Positions 8,794-17,633 of a stretch of 32,000 bases of DNA are shown in pieces. The translations under genes and the position numbers were made by a program. A model generated the notes under the pieces. The model saw only the letters and a list, made by a program, of their open reading frames with translations. It made no database searches and had not been told where the DNA came from. The stretch is taken from assembly GCA_038889235.1 (NCBI GenBank), contig JAWAHN010000002.1, positions 14,356-46,355 on the forward strand, given 5' to 3'. Within the stretch, counting starts at the first letter, position 1, and each line of letters starts with the position of its first letter. The DNA comes from Candidatus Jordarchaeales archaeon (lineage in GTDB: Archaea > Asgardarchaeota > Jordiarchaeia > Jordiarchaeales > Freyrarchaeaceae).

Positions 8794-10391
8794 TTTGCCT
8801 CCCTCACCTTATAGTATGGGTGGACTGGCCTAGGAAGTGTTCCGAGGACGTTGCGTGCCTCATCCGCCACGGCGGCTTCGGCTGCTGCCACTAGTGGGAA
8901 GACTTTCTCCGCGTTCCTGATGGGCCCGTAAAGATTGAGGTCCACTCCGTATAGTGACGGTAGAGCGTATATGAAGGAGAAGTCCATTTTCTGTCTGAGC
9001 TCGCGCGGCACCCCTGCAACCATGTTGTGTATGCCTATGGCTGTAGGGTAGCCGTAAAGCTCTTTAAACACCCACGCGGCGTGAAGTGCCTCTATGCCGC
9101 CCTCACCGAGTATCGGGACTCCTGGGTCCAGTATGGCTCCCTCAACAACCCCCCCAACCCCTGACAGCATAGTTTCAGCCTTCTTCAACCTTTCCTCTAG
9201 CGTGAAGCCGTAAGCCAGGATTATGGCGTACCTTACCGGCGCTATTCTGTGTAGGAGCTCAGTCTCCCTCCCACCGGACCCCGTAACCGAGTTGTACACG
9301 GTTCTGTGATCCAGCCCCACCTCCTTCGCCGTCTCCATCGCTTCGACGCGCGCCTCGAGACTTGTCGAGTCAATTATTATAGGCGCGTCTGTCACATCTG
9401 CTACGAAGAGCAGATACCTGGATAGTGCTTCACCCGTCTCGCCAACAACGTGGACCATTGATGGTATGCAGTACTCGTCTGAGAGCTCCGCCTGTCTGAC
9501 AACAAGCCCCTCGGCGGCCTCCTCGTCGAAGACCCCTCTAACTGGGTCCTTAACCACGGGATCCTTCCTGTAGAACAGCGTGCCAGCCAGAACAATGGAG
9601 TACTCACCCCTCTGCCCGCCGAGCTTAACCCCCGCCACGTCGTAAACCCTCAGCTCACTTCTCCTATAGAACAGTGCGCTCAAGGGCTCAGCCCCCCTCT
9701 CCCTCCACCATCCCCCCTCCATTAGGCGTGCAAGCGCCCCCCTCCAGTCGTACTTCTCCTCTTCGAGGGGCGGAATCAGGGGTGGCTCAGGGTACTCTTC
9801 AACATGCCTCTCGGCGAGCAGGCGCATTTGCGCCACTATCTTCTCCGGGCTCCTTTCCCCCCGCAAGTCCACCAGTTCGACCTGCCTCCTAAACCTCTCG
9901 ACGACCACGTGTGGCTCCCCCACCCTGAAGTACTTGGGGTGAAGGAATGGTATAGTCCCCTCGCTCCCGATAACCCTGTAATCCTGCCCTATGCCGTTTT
10001 TGTAGAGGGCCACGAGCGTCTGTCCCGGGGCGTGCCCCACAACCTCCTCACCACAGACGACTAGAAACCTTATTCTGTTGTTGGAAACTATGTTCTGAAT
10101 AACCCTGGCAACCCCGTCGTTCTCCGTCTCACACGGCCCAGCTATGGCTACGAGGTCGGCTGCCAGAGAAACAATTTTCTCCGGCAGGTCGTGCGAGCCA
10201 CACGTGACCACAGCGAAAGCCGCGTCATCCCTCCCAACCACGTAGTCCCCTGAAATGTACGGCCATTTCGCCACATCAACCACCGCGTTGAAAGGTGTTC
10301 GCCCAAACAACACGGCTACATCAAACTCAGAAAGAGCCGAGTTACATTTTTTACGCTCGGACTCAGCCCCTCCCGGGTTTAAGGAGCTCAC
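8790..10391 (-). CDS. MtrA-MtrH fusion (corrinoid-binding MtrA domain plus methyl-tetrahydromethanopterin:corrinoid methyltransferase MtrH domain)
   Basis: N-half: WPYISGDY..G, AVVTCGSH, GPCETEN.G..RVIQNIVSNNRIRFLVVCGEEVVGHAPGQ (corrinoid His kept), IGSEGTIPF. C-half: VYDVAGVKLGGQRGEY..VLAGTLFY, IIIDST, VYNS. Confidence 0.9.
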   Translation of the reverse strand: MSSLNPGGAESERKKCNSALSEFDVAVLFGRTPFNAVVDVAKWPYISGDYVVGRDDAAFAVVTCGSHDLPEKIVSLAADLVAIAGPCETENDGVARVIQNIVSNNRIRFLVVCGEEVVGHAPGQTLVALYKNGIGQDYRVIGSEGTIPFLHPKYFRVGEPHVVVERFRRQVELVDLRGERSPEKIVAQMRLLAERHVEEYPEPPLIPPLEEEKYDWRGALARLMEGGWWRERGAEPLSALFYRRSELRVYDVAGVKLGGQRGEYSIVLAGTLFYRKDPVVKDPVRGVFDEEAAEGLVVRQAELSDEYCIPSMVHVVGETGEALSRYLLFVADVTDAPIIIDSTSLEARVEAMETAKEVGLDHRTVYNSVTGSGGRETELLHRIAPVRYAIILAYGFTLEERLKKAETMLSGVGGVVEGAILDPGVPILGEGGIEALHAAWVFKELYGYPTAIGIHNMVAGVPRELRQKMDFSFIYALPSLYGVDLNLYGPIRNAEKVFPLVAAAEAAVADEARNVLGTLPRPVHPYYKVREAK

Positions 10392-10396
10392 AATCC

Positions 10397-11233
10397 CTAG
10401 CCGCGCTCGAAGTACACTCTCCTTATAACCTTGTACGACACGTAGAGCAGTGCTAGTATCGCCGCCGCTGTGGCAAAGAACAAGGTGTAGGGGTTGCTCA
10501 TAATAGGGTTGCCGAGCAGGTAGCTGTAGATGTAAAACTGGACTAACGGATTATCGGTGAAAAACAGCAGCCCCCTCAAAACCTGGGGCACAACCACGAA
10601 GGACTCGTAACTCCTCTTACCGATATAAGTGTACATGAGAGCCCTAGGAAACGCGCCGACGGCTGTCGCAGCGATGTAAGGCTTAAACCTTATCTTCGTA
10701 AGTCCCGACCCGTAGGACACCGCGTCGAACGGTATCGGGGGCGCCAGACGGGCTACGAGGACGGCGATAGCCCCCCACCTTTCAATCCAGTTGTCCGCTA
10801 TCAGCATTGCGTCACCCAGCGTCCTAACAACCACTTTTTCGAACCTTCCAAGTACCCCGGCTTCCGGGTCTCCGCGCCCCTCCTCCGCTGCCTTCTCCTC
10901 CAACCTAGCAACGATCGGCCTTCCCACGACCCTAGCTATGTAGAACCCGGCTACGGCTCCAGTCAGCTCGCCAACCCCGCCAACTAACGTGGCCACGAGC
11001 AGGGCGTAGTCGAACCCCATGACCAGGTTAACCGGCCAGTAAATGTACGTGAATGCGACGCCCCCAAACATCAAAATGAGCTCGCTCGGTATAATCGCTA
11101 TTATCGCCTGCACAATCATTGCAGCGTAGAACCCCAGGAAGCCATACTTAAGTATCCAAAAGATGACGCCGAAGAAGAGGCTCTGCATGACCTGCTCAAG
11201 GTCGACGAAAAGCGGAAGCAGCAATTCAACCAA
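10397..11233 (-). CDS. TVP38/TMEM64 (DedA/VTT domain) membrane protein
   Basis: QAIIAIIPSE, ARLAPPIPFDAVSYGSGLTKIRF..Y..ATAVG..PR motifs; hydrophobic. Confidence 0.88.
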   Translation of the reverse strand: MVELLLPLFVDLEQVMQSLFFGVIFWILKYGFLGFYAAMIVQAIIAIIPSELILMFGGVAFTYIYWPVNLVMGFDYALLVATLVGGVGELTGAVAGFYIARVVGRPIVARLEEKAAEEGRGDPEAGVLGRFEKVVVRTLGDAMLIADNWIERWGAIAVLVARLAPPIPFDAVSYGSGLTKIRFKPYIAATAVGAFPRALMYTYIGKRSYESFVVVPQVLRGLLFFTDNPLVQFYIYSYLLGNPIMSNPYTLFFATAAAILALLYVSYKVIRRVYFERG

Positions 11234-11305
11234 CCTCTCTATAAAGGCTTCGCATCCTCACGCCAGCCACTAAAATATATAGTTTTTGATAAAGGACACA
11301 TCCAT

Positions 11306-12460
11306 CTACACCACCAGCCCGGTGAGTGCTTTCAACACGAGCCGCGGGTTGGTGAGAAGCTTTTTGATCACTTCAGCCTCGAAGTCCATGTCTCCGTAAG
11401 TTTCAATTATTTCAACCCCACCGTACTCCCGCACCGCCCTGAAAACCCCGTCGAGCCCTTTATCCCCAACCACACCGAGCACCCTACGCGCAGCCTTCAT
11501 GAATAGGAACTCCCTTCCGAGAACCCTTCTCCACCCCTCCTCGTAAGCCTTCAGCGCCTTGTTAACATCCCCCTCAAGCAATACCGCTTCAGCCGCAACG
11601 CGTCCAGCTATCTTCGAACAAATTCCACCGGTCACCACCCCTCCCCCCGTCGTCGGCTTAACCTGCCCAGCAGCGTCTCCAACAACGAGCAACCGGCCGG
11701 AACACGTCCTCCCCACGGGGCCCCCAGTGATTATCACGCCAGCCATCCTGCGAACAACCCTCGCCCCCGAAAACCCCCTCCTCTTAATAAAGCGCCTTAG
11801 TCTCTCCCCTGGACGAGAGTAGGCTCCCAGGCCAACCCTCACCCCACCCTCAACCGGTATAACCCAGGCGAAGAACCCGGGGGCTAAATCGCTCCCAAAA
11901 TGGAGTTCGACAAGCTCCTCGTCCACACAAACACCGGACAGCTCGTACTGAACAGCGGGAATACGCCCCCTAGGCCTAGGGAGGCCCGCAGCTCTTGCTA
12001 TCCTACCCCTACATCCCTCAGCATCCACAACCACTTCACAGCACACCTCAAATCCTCCCCCAGCGCTCACGACAGCCCCCCTGCGCCCCACACTAACCGC
12101 CGTCACCCTTCTACCCAGCATTATCTGCACACCTACGTCCTGCGCGATGGACGCCAACCATTTGTCGAACGCCCTCCTGTCGAGAACCACGGCCTGCGGC
12201 TCCCTACGCCTTACAATAACCTCCTCCCCTGAAGGGGAAACGAAGCGGGCGCCGTACACTTCGTTGAGGACGCACTCTTCTGGGACCTTTAAGCCGAGAG
12301 CTTTGAGTCCGTTGACACTTACCAGTCCAGCGCAGTGGTCCGGCTCTCCGATTGTGCCATGCTCCTCCAAAACTAGGACTCTCACCCCTCTTCCCGCTGC
12401 CTCAAGCGAAGCCAAAGACCCCGCCGGTCCGCAGCCTACAACAACCACGTCGCAGCGCAA
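11306..12460 (-). CDS. Geranylgeranyl reductase family FAD oxidoreductase (archaeal lipid reductase-like)
   Basis: DVVVVGCGPAGS (FAD), VDAEG, APGFFAWVIP, LVVGDAAGQVKPTTGGG. Confidence 0.88.
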   Translation of the reverse strand: MRCDVVVVGCGPAGSLASLEAAGRGVRVLVLEEHGTIGEPDHCAGLVSVNGLKALGLKVPEECVLNEVYGARFVSPSGEEVIVRRREPQAVVLDRRAFDKWLASIAQDVGVQIMLGRRVTAVSVGRRGAVVSAGGGFEVCCEVVVDAEGCRGRIARAAGLPRPRGRIPAVQYELSGVCVDEELVELHFGSDLAPGFFAWVIPVEGGVRVGLGAYSRPGERLRRFIKRRGFSGARVVRRMAGVIITGGPVGRTCSGRLLVVGDAAGQVKPTTGGGVVTGGICSKIAGRVAAEAVLLEGDVNKALKAYEEGWRRVLGREFLFMKAARRVLGVVGDKGLDGVFRAVREYGGVEIIETYGDMDFEAEVIKKLLTNPRLVLKALTGLVV

Positions 12461-12745
12461 GGCTTCCCCCTATGGTCAATCAGGTGGCCTTTCACATAAA
12501 TACTAATTGCTGCGTGCACTTGCCACATTAGGTTGGAGCTGGGCTGAAGCCACGTGAATGCAAAAGAGCTGAAAGCAGAACTCGTGGTGGAAAGGTTTAA
12601 GGCACCCGCCCGCGGCCCCAAAATTTTTATGGAAAGCGAGAGTAATGTGTTGTCCGAAAGTTCAGAATCGCAGCTGCGTGTGATGTCGAGAGGCGCGTGG
12701 AAGCCGGTTTGTTTTATAGGGTGAACGAGTTGGCGAGATTTTGAG

Positions 12746-12973
12746 ATGAAGGGGGCTCTGAGAAAGGTGAAGGAGCTGCGTAAGGATGAGTGGGCTTACG
12801 GGGATTTCAGCAGTGTTAAGGAGAATGGGATAAGGTGGAATACGTTAGAGGGCTGTCCCTGCTTCACGTGTTCACAGATTTCGCGTTGCGGTGCGGGGCA
12901 ACAGATATCGCCGAACAATTGCTGGAAGCTAACCGAGTACATCGATCGCTGCGCGAGGAAGTCCTCTCGGTAA
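12746..12973 (+). CDS. Small Cys-cluster protein resembling the C-terminal Fe-S domain of RPC34/TFE-beta
   Basis: CPCFTC...RCG.G..ISP.NC..LTEY pattern in a 75-aa ORF preceded by a G-rich, SD-compatible region; no winged-helix domains. Confidence 0.55.
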   Translation: MKGALRKVKELRKDEWAYGDFSSVKENGIRWNTLEGCPCFTCSQISRCGAGQQISPNNCWKLTEYIDRCARKSSR

Positions 12974-13130
12974 CACTCAAAAAATACTTATCCTCTCATG
13001 TCTCGGTAGTCTTTAATAGCCGTCCACGAGCGTATTGAAGTGTGGAGGGGCATAAAGATGCAGAGGGATGTAGTTCGTCGTTAGCCCACACATAAAGCCC
13101 GCGTTAAAGTACGCCGCACTCCCCGAGCGA

Positions 13131-14675
13131 GTGTACATCTTCGACACCACGCTCCGCGACGGGGAACAGATGCCAGGGGTTGCTCTAACCACCGAGGACA
13201 AGAAGAAGATAGCGGAGCAGCTGGCAAAGCTGGGCGTCGACATCATAGAGGCTGGAATGCCCGTCGTCTCCAAGGGAGAAAAGGAGGCCGTTAAGGACAT
13301 AGCGAACATGAGACTGGGGCCAGAGATATGCGCCCTCGCCCGCACCACAAAGGGGGACATAGACACAGCGCTCGAATGTGACGTCGACAGGGTTCACGTG
13401 TTCATAGCGACATCCGAACTGCACATGAAGTACAAGCTGAAAATGAAGCCCGAAGAAGTCCTAGAGAAGGCGGTTGAAGCAGTAGAGTACGTGAAAAGCC
13501 ACGGCGTGAAGGTGGAGTTCTCCGCTGAGGACGCAACTAGAAGCGACCTCGAGTTCCTTAAGAAAGTGTACAGGAGCGTCGTCGAGGCAGGCGCCGACGT
13601 GATAAACATCCCGGACACTGTTGGAGCAACGATACCCACCGCATACGCATACATAGTCGAGGAGATCAAAAAAGCCGTCGGCCCGGGTGTTGTAATATCC
13701 GTGCACACTCACAACGACTTCGGACTTGCGACTGCAAACGCCCTAGCGGCTGTGGAGAAAGGAGCACAACAAGTTCACGTCACGGTGAACGGCATAGGGG
13801 AGAGGGCTGGAAACGCCTCACTCGAAGAAGTGGTGATGTCCCTCTTCGCACTCTACGGCGTGAAAACGAACATTAAAACGACACAGATATACGAGACCGC
13901 GAAGCTCGTTGAGCGGTTGACTGGAGTCAGACTTCAGCCGAACAAGCCGATAGTGGGCGCCAATGCGTTTAAGCATGAAAGCGGAATACACGCCCACGCT
14001 GTGCTAGAAAACCCGCTCACATATGAGCCGCTAACCCCTGAGCTCATAGGACGCAAGAGGGTAAGCATAGTCGACGAGGCAATAGTCATAGGGAAACACA
14101 CAGGAGGCCACTCGCTCAAAGCTAAACTGGAACAGATGGGGATACACGTTACGGAGGACCAGCTCAAAGAGATACTAGATAAGATAAAGGAAGTCGGCGA
14201 CAAAGGTAAGGCGGTTACAGACGCGGACATAATAGCAATAGTAGAGGACATAGTGGGAAGAGTGGCTGAAAGTGAGAGGGTATTGAAGCTCGAAGAGTTA
14301 ACCGTCGTGACAGGAAAGGGAATAACGCCGACGGCGACTGTGAGAATCAAAGTGGGCGGCAAGGAGAAAATAGCGTCAGCGATAGGAGTAGGACCCGTTG
14401 ACGCAGCATGCAACGCTCTTCAAATCGCTGTCAAGGAGTTCCAGGAAATGACGCTTGAAGAGTACAACTTGGAAGCGATAACCGGCGGAACCGACGCACT
14501 CGGCTTCGTCACGGTGAAGCTCAAGGACAAGGATGGGAAAATATACATCGCGAAAGCCGCCGACGGGGACATAGTTATGGCATCCGTGCAAGCGATAATA
14601 AACGCCGTGAACAAAGCTTTACTTATGAAAGGATATAGGACGGGTGCCGAGGCAGACAAGCAGCAGCAAAACTAG
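13131..14675 (+). CDS. 2-isopropylmalate synthase / (R)-citramalate synthase (LeuA/CimA family) with C-terminal regulatory domain
   Basis: FDTTLRDGEQ, HTHND.GLA.AN, GIGERAGN, HESGIH, GKHTG and G.GPVDA. LeuA versus CimA cannot be resolved by eye. Confidence 0.92.
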   Translation: MYIFDTTLRDGEQMPGVALTTEDKKKIAEQLAKLGVDIIEAGMPVVSKGEKEAVKDIANMRLGPEICALARTTKGDIDTALECDVDRVHVFIATSELHMKYKLKMKPEEVLEKAVEAVEYVKSHGVKVEFSAEDATRSDLEFLKKVYRSVVEAGADVINIPDTVGATIPTAYAYIVEEIKKAVGPGVVISVHTHNDFGLATANALAAVEKGAQQVHVTVNGIGERAGNASLEEVVMSLFALYGVKTNIKTTQIYETAKLVERLTGVRLQPNKPIVGANAFKHESGIHAHAVLENPLTYEPLTPELIGRKRVSIVDEAIVIGKHTGGHSLKAKLEQMGIHVTEDQLKEILDKIKEVGDKGKAVTDADIIAIVEDIVGRVAESERVLKLEELTVVTGKGITPTATVRIKVGGKEKIASAIGVGPVDAACNALQIAVKEFQEMTLEEYNLEAITGGTDALGFVTVKLKDKDGKIYIAKAADGDIVMASVQAIINAVNKALLMKGYRTGAEADKQQQN

Positions 14676-14722
14676 ACCTCGGCCCCCAATCGCTTGTTTT
14701 CATTTATATGCGAAAAAGAGGG

Positions 14723-15544
14723 TTACGCGCTCGTTATTATGACTCCTTCTCTCACAGGGAAAAGCTCGTTCAGCGATTTAAACGCGGACTCAGACCAGAT
14801 TGTTAACCTCCCGGGGTGTCCCCCCGGCGCGAGCAGCTCTGCGTTGAGGTTCCTAGCTAGGACAACGTCCACTCCAGGATAATTTCTGGCCGCCTTCACT
14901 ATACCTTCGTCTCTCTCAACGACTACGAGGACGCTGCGCGCCCTCTTTCTCCTTCGCCCCCTCATCTTCCCCTTGCCTGCGCGCACCTTACTCATACGTC
15001 TTTTCGCGCGTAAAACGTCGTCCCACAGTCCAAGCGCCACCAACACCTCCTTAAACTCCCTGGCGCTCCTCAGCCTCTGTATGTCATCGACTACCACCAG
15101 CGGTAGCTCGGGGACCTTGTCTATGCAGTGCCCCCTTCCCTTAACAATTTCTGAAACAGCCGTGGCAGCTATAGCTGAACAGGTGGCAAGCTTTTTCTCC
15201 TTCCTGTTTATCCTCTCAACTAAGATCCTATCCGGCCTAGGTGCATGCGCCCGCCTACCGCCAACAGCCATAGTGACCATTGCACCTCTCCCAGCCTCAG
15301 GGTAGCGGTGTCCTTTAACCCTGGGAACCCTAGCTACTCCAAAGCCAGTTCCCCAACTCTCGGCAGACGTCCTCTTACCAGCCATCGGGTCAACACCGTA
15401 GGGCTGCCGCCTAGCGCTTAGTATTGAGAGCACTGCCCGCCTTATAAGGTCCGGCCTAATCGGAGTGGAGAAAACCTTGGGCAATGGTACCTTTCCAACA
15501 GGTTTCCCCTTCAAGTCGTAAACGTTTACTTCGCTAACGCTCAT
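14723..15544 (-). CDS. rpl4p: 50S ribosomal protein L4 (uL4)
   Basis: FSTPIRPDLIRRAV, SAESWGTGFGVARVPR, LAPGGHPGRLTIWS. ATG at 15544 directly after the L3 stop. Confidence 0.97.
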   Translation of the reverse strand: MSVSEVNVYDLKGKPVGKVPLPKVFSTPIRPDLIRRAVLSILSARRQPYGVDPMAGKRTSAESWGTGFGVARVPRVKGHRYPEAGRGAMVTMAVGGRRAHAPRPDRILVERINRKEKKLATCSAIAATAVSEIVKGRGHCIDKVPELPLVVVDDIQRLRSAREFKEVLVALGLWDDVLRAKRRMSKVRAGKGKMRGRRRKRARSVLVVVERDEGIVKAARNYPGVDVVLARNLNAELLAPGGHPGRLTIWSESAFKSLNELFPVREGVIITSA

Positions 15545-15545
15545 G

Positions 15546-16664
15546 TTATACACCCTGCTTGGACGATGTGCTTATGTAGGAGATCATCGGTACCTCCTCA
15601 AAACTCTTCGACGGAGGAGGCCTTATCGGGTAACGCATGAAGACTAACCTCTTAGCTGGCCCCGGAACGCTTCCGAGGAGCAGCACGTAATCGCCTTTCA
15701 CGAGACCATACCTCAGGAAGCCGCCCTCTGGGTTTATGTTCTCGCCCTCATTGTTAACGTTACCTATCTTCAAAATGTACTTGTTATACTCCGTCCTCTG
15801 ATGGTACCCCATCTGCCCGGCACGCGGCGTCGTGTAAGGAACCCTGTTGGGGTGCCAGGCGCCCAAAGATCCTACACCCCTCTTAGTCTTCCTGGACTTG
15901 TGCTGCAGTATGCGGACACCCCAACGCTTAACCGGCCCCTGGAAGCCCTTCCCCTTAGTCACAGCTAAAACGTCGACGTAGAGCCCCTCGCTGAGCACAT
16001 CCCTCACGCTAACACTTTTCACAGCTTGGCCGAGCTCGGAAACGTCTCCTCCAAGCCTCTCCACAGTGTAGCTGTAAAGCTCTTCTCCTAAGAAGCGGGA
16101 GGCATAGAGGATCAAGTCTTTAGTCCCGTCTCCTCCCGCGACTTTTATCTCCAATACCTCCGGCTTCTTTTTCGGGACAGACGCCAACCTGGGTTGGGTG
16201 TGAGCCAGAACACGCACCTCGCTAATTCTATCCAAGTGTTCTATTACATAGTCGAGGTTCTTCTTGAACTTCTCCAGCCTCTCCTCAAAGCTGTACTCGA
16301 AGAGTTTCCTACACGAGATCTTTCTGGATAGATCGCTGGACAGGTCGGGGGACCAAACCTCGCTCAGCGTCCTTAAACCGTAAGGTGTGGACTCATAAAC
16401 CCTCATGGCAAAAACAACTATGGGCGGCGTGTCTAGAACAGTTACGGGGAAAGTGAGCTCTTTCCCATAATACGGGCTGCTCTTCCTATTGTCAACTATC
16501 ACAACGTGGGTCATCCCCGCCTTGTACCCCGGCATGCCGAGCAAAGTTGGGGGTCCCGAATACGACGGCCAGCTTCTAACACGCGGGACTGGTCTGCGCG
16601 CCCTACCCCTCGGCAGGTAAGCCAAGCTTCCTCTTTTTGGAGCATGATATTTCCTATGCGCCAT
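15546..16664 (-). CDS. rpl3p: 50S ribosomal protein L3 (uL3)
   Basis: HAPKRGSLAYLPR, GYKAGMTH, TKGKGFQGPVKRWG, GQMGYHQRTEYNK, GSVPGPAKR. Confidence 0.98.
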   Translation of the reverse strand: MAHRKYHAPKRGSLAYLPRGRARRPVPRVRSWPSYSGPPTLLGMPGYKAGMTHVVIVDNRKSSPYYGKELTFPVTVLDTPPIVVFAMRVYESTPYGLRTLSEVWSPDLSSDLSRKISCRKLFEYSFEERLEKFKKNLDYVIEHLDRISEVRVLAHTQPRLASVPKKKPEVLEIKVAGGDGTKDLILYASRFLGEELYSYTVERLGGDVSELGQAVKSVSVRDVLSEGLYVDVLAVTKGKGFQGPVKRWGVRILQHKSRKTKRGVGSLGAWHPNRVPYTTPRAGQMGYHQRTEYNKYILKIGNVNNEGENINPEGGFLRYGLVKGDYVLLLGSVPGPAKRLVFMRYPIRPPPSKSFEEVPMISYISTSSKQGV

Positions 16665-16710
16665 GGTTTATCCCTCAAACACTTCATAAAGCAGTAAAGG
16701 TTATCGTGAA

Positions 16711-16733
16711 AAGAGGATCGTAACACTCCTCTT
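16711..16733 (-). terminator. Hairpin plus U-run between rpl2 and rpl3 (possible terminator or regulatory stem)
   Basis: AAGAGGA-9 nt-TCCTCTT perfect 7-bp inverted repeat, ending in TTTT on the minus strand. Confidence 0.3.
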
Positions 16734-16765
16734 AACTATACGTCTTGGACGACTTCCCTCCTTTA

Positions 16766-17494
16766 CTACTTTTTCTTCCCTTTCTTTCGTCCAGAGCTGC
16801 GCGCGGCTATTAAGCCGACTTTTGCGCCTGGAGGCGCATTCTTGGACACCGTGGTAGGCTTCCCTGGGTGCTGGTGGCTTCCTCCACCGTGTGGGTGGGA
16901 AACGGGGTTCATAGCGACTCCTCTAACCCTAGGCCACACTCGTCCCCTCGCCTTTGTCCAGTAGTACTTCTTACCAGCCTTCACAAACGGCTTTTCTATG
17001 CGTCCTCCACCTGCAACCACACCTATAGTCGCCCTGCAGTTCGGATCGAAGGCTCTAACTTTCTTAGACGGGAGGAGAACTATCGTCTTGTCAGGTGTGT
17101 GGGAGAGTATCGTAGCGTATGTCCCGGACGCGCGAACAAACTTTCCTCCATCCCCGGGTCTTGCCTCTATGTTGAAAATAGGTGTTCCTTCAGGGATATT
17201 CTTAAGTGGAAGCGTGTTTCCAACATTTATAGACGCGCCCGGGCCAACTTCAATCTCCTGTCCTACAGCGATGCCTTCAGGAGGAAGCATCAACTGCTCC
17301 AATCCGTCCTCAAACTTTACTCTCGCGACAGGGGCTCCCCGCCCCGTTTCGTGCAGCAACTCAACTACCTTACCACGAACAACTACGTCATCGCTCAGTG
17401 CCCTATGCTTGACTTCACCCAGCCGTCTATGGGTCGGTGCCCTAAACGTCGGGGAACCCCTTCCTCTTCTCTGAACTAGTATCCTTTTACCCAT
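16766..17494 (-). CDS. rpl2p: 50S ribosomal protein L2 (uL2)
   Basis: [46 protein letters not shown]. Confidence 0.98.
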   Translation of the reverse strand: MGKRILVQRRGRGSPTFRAPTHRRLGEVKHRALSDDVVVRGKVVELLHETGRGAPVARVKFEDGLEQLMLPPEGIAVGQEIEVGPGASINVGNTLPLKNIPEGTPIFNIEARPGDGGKFVRASGTYATILSHTPDKTIVLLPSKKVRAFDPNCRATIGVVAGGGRIEKPFVKAGKKYYWTKARGRVWPRVRGVAMNPVSHPHGGGSHQHPGKPTTVSKNAPPGAKVGLIAARSSGRKKGKKK

Positions 17495-17633
17495 CGGTAG
17501 CCACCACTCGTTCTTAAAAGGGTGAAGTTGTTGTGAATTGCTAACACATCACCATTTTAAAAAGTTTTTCTTATCCCTCGATAACTTAGGCTCGCTTGAC
17601 AGGTCGTTAAGCTGGAGAGGGGTGCTGACACAC

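Noticed and set aside
12554-12745. In-frame TGA (12722-12724) upstream of the RPC34-like ORF as a readthrough or selenocysteine site extending it
   Set aside because: The upstream frame shows no winged-helix similarity and no SECIS-like element was seen.
17538-17633. N-terminal extensions proposed by the ORF track for TrxB (also 26695 thiolase, 27923 DUF35, 30643 GTPase-M20, 5093 eS26)
   Set aside because: Homology begins at downstream starts, several with SD-like motifs; the extensions cover promoter-like AT-rich DNA or overlap neighbouring genes.
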